Below, one piece after another: positions 1 to 8,050 of a stretch of DNA of 29,823 nucleotides. Both the position numbers and the translations under genes were made by a program. The notes below the pieces were generated by a model. It was not told the origin of the DNA and searched no databases. It saw only the letters and a program-made list of their open reading frames with translations. Within the stretch, counting starts at the first letter, position 1, and the number at the start of each line of letters is the position of its first letter. The stretch is from Planctomycetota bacterium (GTDB taxonomy: Bacteria > Planctomycetota > SZUA-567 > H5-PLA8), in NCBI GenBank assembly GCA_045863855.1, contig BTVV01000075.1, forward strand, positions 1-29,823, written 5' to 3'.

Positions 1-1
1 G

Positions 2-895
2 CATTTCCAGGACGAGTACCTGCGGGATCTGCAGCCGGAGTCCTGGGTGCCGGCGGCGTACAAGGGCAAGCCCTACAACATCTTCGAGACCGGGGGCACG
101 ACGGGCATGCCGAAGCAGCGGATCGGCTGGAACGACTACAAGGTCGATTACTCCGAGTTCAGCGACAAAATCTCGGACGCCCATTTCCCGAGGGGCGGGG
201 CGTGGCTGATGATGGGTCCGACCGGGCCGCGGCGGCTGCGGCTGGCGATCGAGCATCTGGCCAACGTGCGCGGCGGCTCGTGCTTCCACGTCGATCTCGA
301 TCCGCGCTGGGTCGTCAAGCTGCTGGGCAAGCAGGACGTCGAGACGGCGAACCGCTACAAGGATCACGTGATCGATCAGGCGGTGACGATTCTGAAACAC
401 CGCACGGTGAACTGCCTGTTCACGACGCCAAAGCTGCTCGAGGCGCTGGGCGAGCGGATCAACGTGCCGGGTGTGGGGATCAAGGGCGTCTTTTGCGGCG
501 GGACGAGCATGACGCCGCAGATGGTGCGCTTCTTGAGCGAGGAAGTGCTCGAGAATAAGGCACGCTTCGTGCCGACCTACGGAAATACGCTGATGGGCTT
601 GGCGTGCAGCCGTCCGCTGGAGCCGGCGGATAAGTGGAGCGCGACGTACTACGCGCCTCAGCCGCGCGCGATGCTGCGCGTGGTCGAGCCGAAAGACACG
701 ACGCGCGAGGTTTCGTACGGTCAATACGGGCGCGTCGAGCTGACGACACTGACCAAAGAACTGTTCATGCCGCGCTTTCTGGAGCGCGACGAGGCGATCC
801 GGCGCGAGCCGTGCGCGCTGTATCCGTGGGACGGCGTCGGCGACGTGCGCCCGTTCGGGGCGCTGGAGAAGAAGGTCGTGGAAGGCGTGTACTAA
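2..895 (+). CDS. Atypical ANL-family adenylating enzyme (EhpF-like / LuxE-like acyl-activating protein), 5'-truncated
   Basis: The frame is open from the window edge (HFQDEYLRDLQPESWVPAAY...). It has a P-loop-like ETGGTTGMPK, YGNT (variant of YGxTE) and GRVELTTL...RFLERD (variant of RYxTGD). It ends at VVEGVY with no C-terminal ANL subdomain. The stop overlaps the next start (TAATG, 893-897). Confidence 0.7.
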   Translation, partial: HFQDEYLRDLQPESWVPAAYKGKPYNIFETGGTTGMPKQRIGWNDYKVDYSEFSDKISDAHFPRGGAWLMMGPTGPRRLRLAIEHLANVRGGSCFHVDLDPRWVVKLLGKQDVETANRYKDHVIDQAVTILKHRTVNCLFTTPKLLEALGERINVPGVGIKGVFCGGTSMTPQMVRFLSEEVLENKARFVPTYGNTLMGLACSRPLEPADKWSATYYAPQPRAMLRVVEPKDTTREVSYGQYGRVELTTLTKELFMPRFLERDEAIRREPCALYPWDGVGDVRPFGALEKKVVEGVY

Positions 896-2331
896 TGAGC
901 CTGCCGCATATCCCTGTTTTGCGCTTCGGATCCGCGTACGAGAGCCTCGACACGAGCGAGGTGAAAGACTGCCGCACGGGCACGGTCTTGGCGAAGCTGA
1001 GCATCGCCAACGCGGGGCTGGTGCGGCGCGATCTGCAGACGCGGCAGCGCGGGGCGTTCGAGGCGCTGCAGCGCGTGCCGATGGCGCGGTTGCTCGAGAT
1101 TTGCGCGAAGGCCGGCGAACACTTCATGCGTTCGACGCTGCCGCTGGGTGCCGCACATTCGCAAAGCGCCGACGAATACGTGCGGATGTTGAGCGCCACG
1201 AGCGGGCTGCCGCACGCGATGTGCCGCCGGAACATGGAGAAAATCAACCACGTCCTGACGCGCATGCCCGAAATTTTGAAGGGACTCACGCGCGGGCTGG
1301 AATTGAGCGTGCTTGACGGCGGCATGGGCGAGCAGAGCGGGGTGCCGGTCTGCTACGTGCCGCAGAGCCAGGCGCTGGGCATCGTGCTTCCGAGCAATTC
1401 GCCGGGGGTGCATTCGCTTTGGGCGCCGTCGATCGCGTTGAAGACGCCGCTGGCGCTGAAGCCCGGGCGCGAGGAACCGTGGACGCCCTACCGGTTGCTG
1501 CAGGCGTTCCTCGCCGCCGGCTGTCCGGCGGAAGCGCTGGGCTTTTATCCGTGCGATCACGACGGCGCGGAGGCGATACTGCGGCTGTGCGGGAGGGGGA
1601 TGCTTTTCGGCGACGCGAAGACGACGGCGCGTTACGCGAGCAACCCGGGCATTCAGTTGCACGGTCCGGGGTTCAGCAAGGTGCTGATCGGCGCGGATCA
1701 GGCGGAGCGCTGGCAGGACCACTTGGATGTGATCGTGGAATCGATCGTCGCCAACGGCGGGCGCAGTTGCGTGAACGCGTCGGCGGTGGTGACGGCGAAG
1801 CACGGCCGCGCACTGGCGGAGGCGCTGGCGGAGCGGCTGGGTCCGCTGAGTCCGAAGGCGGCGGACGATCCGGAGGCGGCGTTGAGCGCGTTCGCGAATC
1901 GAGCGTTCGCGGAGTCCATCGACGACGCGATCGAAGAGGGCTTGAAGACGCCCGGCGCCGAGGACCTGACGGCGCGCTATCGGCAGGGGCCGCGCCGGGT
2001 AGTCTTCGAGGGCGCAACGTACCTGCGGCCGACGGTGATCTGGTGCTCGAGCTTCGAGCATCCGCTGGCGAACCGCGAGTATCTGTTCCCGTATGCAAGT
2101 GTGGTGGAGGTTCCGCAGGAGCGGATGCTGGAGCAGATCGGCCCGTCGCTAGCAGTGACGGCGCTGACGAAGGATGAGGCGTTCCGGCGCGAGTTGGTGC
2201 TTTGCGCGCAGATCGACCGATTGAATCTGGGCCCGGTGCCGACGGGGCATGTGCGTTGGGACCAGCCGCATGAAGGGAACCTGTTCGAGTTTTTGTACCA
2301 CCGGCGCGCGATTCAGCGGGTGGAAGCGTGA
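895..2331 (+). CDS. Aldehyde dehydrogenase superfamily protein, probably acyl-reductase/acylating type (478 aa)
   Basis: Start placed at ATG 895, coupled to the upstream stop, rather than 634. Motifs: PSNSP, LKPGREEP, catalytic-Cys region GGRSCVNAS and NREYLFP. HGPGFSK sits where hydrolytic ALDHs have ELGGK. Confidence 0.85.
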   Translation: MSLPHIPVLRFGSAYESLDTSEVKDCRTGTVLAKLSIANAGLVRRDLQTRQRGAFEALQRVPMARLLEICAKAGEHFMRSTLPLGAAHSQSADEYVRMLSATSGLPHAMCRRNMEKINHVLTRMPEILKGLTRGLELSVLDGGMGEQSGVPVCYVPQSQALGIVLPSNSPGVHSLWAPSIALKTPLALKPGREEPWTPYRLLQAFLAAGCPAEALGFYPCDHDGAEAILRLCGRGMLFGDAKTTARYASNPGIQLHGPGFSKVLIGADQAERWQDHLDVIVESIVANGGRSCVNASAVVTAKHGRALAEALAERLGPLSPKAADDPEAALSAFANRAFAESIDDAIEEGLKTPGAEDLTARYRQGPRRVVFEGATYLRPTVIWCSSFEHPLANREYLFPYASVVEVPQERMLEQIGPSLAVTALTKDEAFRRELVLCAQIDRLNLGPVPTGHVRWDQPHEGNLFEFLYHRRAIQRVEA

Positions 2332-2399
2332 AGGAACGGTCCGGTACGCGACATCTGGAGTAAGGAGGCCCGTCCTGGGCACGGGCTTGGAGCAGCGGC

Positions 2400-3581
2400 A
2401 TGACGGCAGCGCCGACCGGATTCGATTACCTGCCTCGCACGCGTGTGGTGTATGGGCAAGGCGCACTGGCGCGGGTGGGCGAGTTGACGCGCGAACAGGG
2501 CGTCTCGCGCGTGATGTTGGTTACCGATCCGGGAGTGGTCAAAGCCGGGCATGCGGAACGCGCCCTGCGCAGCCTTGAGACCGCGGGCCTGCACGTCACG
2601 CGTTTCGAGCGTGTCAAAGAGAATCCCACCACGCGCGAAGTGGACGAATGCCTGGCGGCGGCCAAGGACGCGCGCATCGACGGGCTGGTCGGGTTGGGCG
2701 GGGGGAGTGCGATGGACACCGCCAAGGGCTGCAATTTTTTATTCACCAATGGCGGACGGATGCAGGATTACTGGGGCGTCGGCAAGGCGACTCGGGAGAT
2801 GCTCCCGCTGGTCTGCATTCCGACGACGGCCGGCACGGGAAGCGAATGCCAATCGTTTGCACTGATCGCGGATGCCGAGTCGCACCAGAAGATGGCCTGC
2901 GGCGATCCGAAGGCTTCGGCGCGAGTGGCGATCCTGGACCCTGAATTGACGCTTTCGCAGCCGCGGCATGTGGCGGCGAACACGGGCATCGATGCGCTGA
3001 CGCATGCGGTGGAGTCGGCGGTGACGAACCGGCGCAACGAACTTTCGTGGCTCTTCGCTCGGGAAGCGTTCGTGCGCGGGCGTTCGGCGTTGCCGGCGGT
3101 GCTGTCGCATCCGGAGGATGTCACCGCGCGCGGGCGGATGCAGTGGGCGGCGGCGCTGGCCGGCATGGCGATCGAGAACAGCATGCTGGGCGCGGCGCAT
3201 TCGGCGGCCAATCCGCTGACGGCGCACTACGGGATCGTCCACGGGCAGGCGGTGGGTGCGATGCTGCCGCATGTGGTGCGCTTTAACGCTCGGGACGAGG
3301 CGTCGCGCGCGATATACGCCGAGTTGGCGGTAACGGCCGAAGTGGTGGAGACCGGGCGGGACCCCGCCACCGCGGTGGCGGCCTTGATCCGCTGCCTGGA
3401 AGAGCTGCTAGACCGCTGCGCCGTGCCTCGTGCCCTGGAAGCGTATGGCGTGGAACGCGCGAAGCTGCCGACGCTTGCGCGCGAAGCCGCGGGGCAGTGG
3501 ACGGCGCAGTTCAATCCGCGCCCGATCGCGGCGCCCGATTTTCTGAAGCTTTACGAGGCGGCCTATTCCGGTCAGGCCTGA
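2400..3581 (+). CDS. Iron-containing alcohol dehydrogenase
   Basis: Motifs GLGGGSAMDTAK, IPTTAGTGSE, ILDPELT, GIDALTHAVES and the metal-binding His residues in AAHSAANPL...HG. GGAG RBS upstream. Confidence 0.93.
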   Translation: MTAAPTGFDYLPRTRVVYGQGALARVGELTREQGVSRVMLVTDPGVVKAGHAERALRSLETAGLHVTRFERVKENPTTREVDECLAAAKDARIDGLVGLGGGSAMDTAKGCNFLFTNGGRMQDYWGVGKATREMLPLVCIPTTAGTGSECQSFALIADAESHQKMACGDPKASARVAILDPELTLSQPRHVAANTGIDALTHAVESAVTNRRNELSWLFAREAFVRGRSALPAVLSHPEDVTARGRMQWAAALAGMAIENSMLGAAHSAANPLTAHYGIVHGQAVGAMLPHVVRFNARDEASRAIYAELAVTAEVVETGRDPATAVAALIRCLEELLDRCAVPRALEAYGVERAKLPTLAREAAGQWTAQFNPRPIAAPDFLKLYEAAYSGQA

Positions 3582-3600
3582 CTCGCGGGGAAGGTCCGAG

Positions 3601-4833
3601 ATGCGCGGTATTATAACGGTGCTCCTCATTGTGGGATTGGCGGTGACGGGAGGGTTGATCCTCCGTTCGGGACAGCCCGACGCCGAGCGCTTGGAGCAAT
3701 TGCGCCAGGAAGTTCGAGAGCGCAAGGCGCGCGCCATCGCTCCGGTGACGCCGGCGCCGCAGGCGATCTGGCCGATGTACCGCCACGACCGCGGACTCTT
3801 GGGGCGCACCGGGGAGGCACTCGAGACGCCGTTGACGCTGCGCTGGAGCTTCAAGACCGGCGGCCCGGTGAAGTCTTCTGCGGCGGTGCTGGGCGACCGG
3901 GTTTATGTGGGCAGCAACGACAACCACTTGTACGCGCTCGAATTTTCGACGGGGCGCGAGATCTGGAAATTCAAGACCGGCGGCGCGGTGGAGTCGTCCC
4001 CGCTGCTTTCGAAAGGTCGAGTCTATTTCGGCTCCGAAGACGGCAAGCTGTACGCGCTCGAGGCGGCGGATGGAAAACTCGCCTGGTCGTTCGAGACGCA
4101 AGGCAAGGTGCTTGGCGCTCCGAATTACGCGCCGCGACTGGATATTCCCGGCGACTGGATCGTCTTCGGCAGCTACGACAACAGCGTGTATGCGGTGGAC
4201 GCCTTGACGGGTAAGGAAGGCTGGCGCTGCGAGATGAATAACTACATCAATGGCGCGCCGGCCGTGGCGGGCGAACATGCGGTTTTCGGCGACTGCGACG
4301 GGAAGCTTTCGCACGTGAGCCTGCGCAACGGCGCGGTGGAGCGGCAGGTGGAGGTGGGCGCGCCCATCGCCGCATCGCCCGCAGTGCTGGGCGACCGCGC
4401 GTATTTCGGGCATTACGGCAACGAATTTGTTTGCGCCGACCTGAAGACCGGGCAGCGCGTGTGGACTTATAAGGATGAGGATTTTCCGTATTTCAGCAGT
4501 CCGGCGGTGGGCGGAAACAGGGTGGTGTTTGGTGGCCGCGACAAACGGTTGCATGCGCTGAATCTCGAGAGTGGGGAGCGGCAGTGGGTCTTCGCGACGC
4601 GCGGACGCGTAGACAGCGCGCCGGTGATCACGGGAGACGGCAAGGTGGTCGTGGGTTCGAACGACGGCCGGCTGTACGTGGTCGGGCTCGAGACTGGAAC
4701 CGAAGTCTGGAGTTACGAGATCGGCGATTCGATTTCTGCTTCGCCGGCGGTGGTGGCCGGATGCGTAATCGTCGGTTCGGAGGACGGGTCGGTCTACGCG
4801 TTCGGGCCGGATCAGAAGGAGGCGCGGCCATGA
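3601..4833 (+). CDS. Membrane-anchored PQQ-binding-like (BamB-type) beta-propeller repeat protein
   Basis: An N-terminal hydrophobic helix (IITVLLIVGLAVTGGLIL) is followed by WPMYRHD and about 8 ~40-aa repeats of the form W-x-F-x-T-x-G...SSP...VYxGSxDGxLYAL...G. Confidence 0.88.
   Translation: MRGIITVLLIVGLAVTGGLILRSGQPDAERLEQLRQEVRERKARAIAPVTPAPQAIWPMYRHDRGLLGRTGEALETPLTLRWSFKTGGPVKSSAAVLGDRVYVGSNDNHLYALEFSTGREIWKFKTGGAVESSPLLSKGRVYFGSEDGKLYALEAADGKLAWSFETQGKVLGAPNYAPRLDIPGDWIVFGSYDNSVYAVDALTGKEGWRCEMNNYINGAPAVAGEHAVFGDCDGKLSHVSLRNGAVERQVEVGAPIAASPAVLGDRAYFGHYGNEFVCADLKTGQRVWTYKDEDFPYFSSPAVGGNRVVFGGRDKRLHALNLESGERQWVFATRGRVDSAPVITGDGKVVVGSNDGRLYVVGLETGTEVWSYEIGDSISASPAVVAGCVIVGSEDGSVYAFGPDQKEARP
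3844..4100 (+). repeat. Intragenic 120-bp repeat units (beta-propeller blades)
   Basis: tggagcttcaagaccggcggcccggtgaagtc (3844) matches tggaaattcaagaccggcggcgcggtggagtc (3964). tgtacgcgctcga also recurs 120 bp apart (3929, 4049). Confidence 0.75.
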
Positions 4834-6170
4834 GCACCGAAGCGCGCCCGGCGCCCGGCGCGCCGCAATCTCCGGATGCGACCGAAGCGGGCAACTACTT
4901 CGTCAGCAATTACCCTCCGTTTTCGTGCTGGAGCGAATCGCACTTGGGCGACGCGCGCGCGGCGCTGGCGCGGCCGCCGGCACCAGGCACGGAACTGGGC
5001 ATCTACCTGCACATTCCATTTTGCCGCAAGCGCTGCCACTTCTGCTATTTCAAGGTCTATACGGAAAAGAATTCCACGGAGATCAAGCGTTACCTCGACG
5101 CGGCGCTGCGCGAACTGGAGCATTACGGGAAGCAGCCGTTCGTGGGCGGTCGGAAACCGAGCTTCGTGTATTTCGGGGGCGGCACGCCGTCGTATTTGTC
5201 GGCCGATCAGTTGCGTTACCTGACCGATGGCATGCGTAAGCTGTTGCCTTGGGATCGAGTACAAGAGGTGACCTTCGAGTGCGAGCCAGGGACGCTCACG
5301 GAAGCCAAGCTCAAGGTCATTAAGGAGCTTGGCGTCACGCGGCTCTCGCTTGGCGTGGAGCACTTCGACGATCACATCCTGGAAGTGAACGGGCGGGCGC
5401 ACCGCGGGGCGGAGATCGCGCGCGCGTACGAGTTCGCGCGGAGCCTCGATTTTCCGCAGCTTAATATCGACCTGATCGCGGGGATGGTCGAAGAGACCGA
5501 AGCGAAGTGGGAAATGGCGGTGGGCCGGGCGCTGGAGCTGGCTCCAGACAGCGTCACGATTTACCAGATGGAAGTGCCCTACAACACGACGATCTACAAG
5601 CAGATGAAGAGCGAGGGCAAGCTGACGGCTCCGGTGGCCGATTGGCCGACCAAACGGCGCTGGGTGGACGAGGCGTTCAAGCGTTTCGAGGCGGCGGGGT
5701 ACACCGTCGCCAGCGCATACACAGTGGTCAAGGATCCGGCGCGGACGAAGTTCCGTTACCGCGATTATCTTTGGGCAGGCGCCGATCTGATTGGCGTGGG
5801 CGTGGCCTCGTTCGGACATATCGGCGGCACGCACCTGCAGAATCTTTCCGATTTCGAGTCGTACCTGGCAAAGCTGGATGCGGGCGAGCCGCCGCTGTGG
5901 CGCGCGCTGACGCCGACGGCCGAAGAGCGTTTCGTGCGCGAGTGGATCCTGCAGCTCAAGCTGGGCCGCGTGCGCGCTTCGTATTTCCAACAGAAGTTCG
6001 GCGTCGATCCGCGCGTGCGTTTCAAGACGGAGTTGGCGGATCTGGAGCGCCGGGGATTGTTTGAAGTGGCGGGCGACGAAGTGAAGGTAGCGCGAGCGGG
6101 CTTGCTGCAGGTGGACCGCCTGCTGCATGAGTTCTTTTTGCCGCAGCACCGGAACATTCGGTACACGTAG
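4830..6170 (+). CDS. HemN-like (coproporphyrinogen III oxidase family) radical SAM protein (446 aa)
   Basis: ATGA overlap with the upstream stop. CxxxCxxC motif in YLHIPFCRKRCHFCYF, plus YFGGGTPS, TRLSLGVE, NIDLIAG and GVGVASFG. Confidence 0.9.
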   Translation: MSTEARPAPGAPQSPDATEAGNYFVSNYPPFSCWSESHLGDARAALARPPAPGTELGIYLHIPFCRKRCHFCYFKVYTEKNSTEIKRYLDAALRELEHYGKQPFVGGRKPSFVYFGGGTPSYLSADQLRYLTDGMRKLLPWDRVQEVTFECEPGTLTEAKLKVIKELGVTRLSLGVEHFDDHILEVNGRAHRGAEIARAYEFARSLDFPQLNIDLIAGMVEETEAKWEMAVGRALELAPDSVTIYQMEVPYNTTIYKQMKSEGKLTAPVADWPTKRRWVDEAFKRFEAAGYTVASAYTVVKDPARTKFRYRDYLWAGADLIGVGVASFGHIGGTHLQNLSDFESYLAKLDAGEPPLWRALTPTAEERFVREWILQLKLGRVRASYFQQKFGVDPRVRFKTELADLERRGLFEVAGDEVKVARAGLLQVDRLLHEFFLPQHRNIRYT

Positions 6171-6178
6171 GAGGCGGC

Positions 6179-6742
6179 ATGGCGGATCGACCTTCGACGA
6201 CTTCGTTGCCCGCGCTGCGCTTCCTGCTTGCGCCGCTAGCTGATTTTTGCGCCGCGGACGGACGCGCGCTTCCGCTGCTGGAGGAATGCGCCGGGGAGGA
6301 GGTTCCCGAGCCGTACCGCGGCCTGCTGGTCCACAACGGCGACATGACGCCGACGCTGGAGCGGTATCACGGGGATACGCTGCATCTGCGTATCCTGGGC
6401 AAGCGCATGCAGAGCGACCGCTTGGCGCGGCAGGTGCTGCTGCTGACCGATGCGACCGAGCGTCCGGTGGAGTACGGCGCCATCGAGATCCGCCTCGATC
6501 GCTTCGAGGCGGCGGCGCGCGAAGAGATCGAAGCCTGCCGCAAGCCCTTGGGCGCGATCCTGCGCGACCGGAACATTCCGCACAGCAGCCGGCCCACGGC
6601 TTACTTTCGCGTTGCGGGCGACCGATTCGTCTGCGACGCGCTGAACGTGGCGGGAACGCCCAAGCTGTACGGTAGGCGCAATACGCTGCGCGACGAGCAA
6701 GGCCGCACGCTGGCGGAGATCGTCGAGATTCTTCCGCTGTGA
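6179..6742 (+). CDS. Chorismate pyruvate-lyase-like protein (UbiC / Rv2949c / DUF98 fold)
   Basis: The pattern LLVHNGDMTPTLE...RQVLL...VEYG...PLGAIL...YGRRNTL...IVEILP parallels the chorismate-lyase fold (LL.TDGS.T..L, R.V.L, PLG.LL, R.Y, I.E.F). GGAGG RBS. Confidence 0.6.
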   Translation: MADRPSTTSLPALRFLLAPLADFCAADGRALPLLEECAGEEVPEPYRGLLVHNGDMTPTLERYHGDTLHLRILGKRMQSDRLARQVLLLTDATERPVEYGAIEIRLDRFEAAAREEIEACRKPLGAILRDRNIPHSSRPTAYFRVAGDRFVCDALNVAGTPKLYGRRNTLRDEQGRTLAEIVEILPL

Positions 6743-6763
6743 GGCCAAGTTGGGGAGAGGGAT

Positions 6764-8050
6764 ATGACGCCATCCGGGACGTACGAAACGATCGTGGTCG
6801 GCGGAGGCCCGGCGGGCAGCACGGCGGCGGCGCTGCTAGCCGAGAAGGGCCGCAAGGTCCTGCTGCTGGAGAAGAGCCGGTTTCCGCGCTACCACATCGG
6901 GGAGTCGCTGATTCCATTTTGTTACTTCACGCTCAAGCGCCTGGGCCTGATCGAGAAGCTGGATAAGAGCGGGTTTACGGTCGACAAGTACAGCGTGCAG
7001 TTCGTGAGCACGAACGGGAAGCTGTCGCAGCCGTTCTACTTCGATGAGCATCTGGATCATCCGTGTTCCCACACGTGGCAGGTCTGGCGTCAGGATTTCG
7101 ACCGGATGCTTTTGGCCAATGCGCGCGAGAAGGGCGCCGAAGTGCGCGAGGGCTGGCAGGTCAAGGAAGTGCTGGAGGATAGCGGACGTACGGTGGGCGT
7201 GCGCGTGCTGGACGAGGCGGGCACGGAACACGAGTTCCGTGCGCCGATGACGATCGACGCGACCGGACGCGACGCTCTGAGCGTCGCGCGGCGCGGCTGG
7301 CGCGTACGCGATCCTTACCTGAATAAGATCGCCGTGTGGACCTATTACAAAGGTGCGACCCGGCCACCGGGCAAAGATGGCGGTGCGACGATCGTGGCCT
7401 TCGTTCCGGAGCGAGGCTGGTTTTGGTGGATTCCGCTGGCACACGACACGGTGAGCGTGGGCGTGGTCGCGGAGAAGGACTACTTGTTCCGGGAGACACG
7501 GGATCTGGCGCAGGTCTTCGCGCAGGAAGTGAAGCAGAACCGCTGGATCGAGGAGCATCTTGCGGCGGGAACGCCTTCGGGCGAGTTCCGTACGACGGGC
7601 GAATTTTCGTACCGCTCGAAGTATTGCGCGGCGGATGGCCTGCTGCTGGCTGGGGACGCGTTCGCGTTCCTCGATCCTGTTTTCAGTTCGGGCGTATTTC
7701 TGGCACTGAAGGGCGGCGAAATGGCGGCGGACGCGGTTGACGCGGCGTTGAGCGCCGGGGACGTTTCGGCCGCGCGATTCGCGGCGTATTCCGAAGCGTA
7801 CTGCCACGGGCTGGAGTCGATGCGGCAATTGGTGTACGCGTTCTACGACGTGAATTTCCATTTCCGGGATCTGTTTTCGAAGTACCCGGAGACCCGCGGG
7901 GCGCTGACGGACTGCCTGATCGGCGATCTGCACCGCGATTACAAGCCGCTCTTCGACAAGGTTAAAGAGTTCGCGAGCGTGCCGGCGCCGCTTGCGCATG
8001 GCCGCCCGCTGATCGGTGCGGAAGGGAGCGCGTGCGCGTCGCCCAGTTGA
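6764..8050 (+). CDS. Flavin-dependent halogenase-like NAD(P)/FAD oxidoreductase
   Basis: GGGPAG FAD motif, FPRYHIGESL, Lys75 in GFTVDKYSVQF, the WxWxIP signature (WFWWIP, residues 219-224) and GDAFAFLDPVFSSG. Confidence 0.8.
   Translation: MTPSGTYETIVVGGGPAGSTAAALLAEKGRKVLLLEKSRFPRYHIGESLIPFCYFTLKRLGLIEKLDKSGFTVDKYSVQFVSTNGKLSQPFYFDEHLDHPCSHTWQVWRQDFDRMLLANAREKGAEVREGWQVKEVLEDSGRTVGVRVLDEAGTEHEFRAPMTIDATGRDALSVARRGWRVRDPYLNKIAVWTYYKGATRPPGKDGGATIVAFVPERGWFWWIPLAHDTVSVGVVAEKDYLFRETRDLAQVFAQEVKQNRWIEEHLAAGTPSGEFRTTGEFSYRSKYCAADGLLLAGDAFAFLDPVFSSGVFLALKGGEMAADAVDAALSAGDVSAARFAAYSEAYCHGLESMRQLVYAFYDVNFHFRDLFSKYPETRGALTDCLIGDLHRDYKPLFDKVKEFASVPAPLAHGRPLIGAEGSACASPS

Noticed and set aside
634..894. 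N-terminal extension of the 565-aa ALDH ORF
   Set aside because: It overlaps the upstream gene out of frame and is Arg/Ala-rich noise. The coupled ATG at 895 is the plausible start. The same reasoning applies to the extensions at 4584, 9514, 11987, 16479 and 27831.
4830..6170. Assigning the gene symbol hemN or hemW
   Set aside because: Family-level motifs only. The subfamily-specific segments differ and the context is not heme biosynthesis.
4812..6917. 701-aa minus-strand ORF
   Set aside because: It is antisense to well-supported genes and has no motifs. Long shadow ORFs are expected in high-GC DNA.
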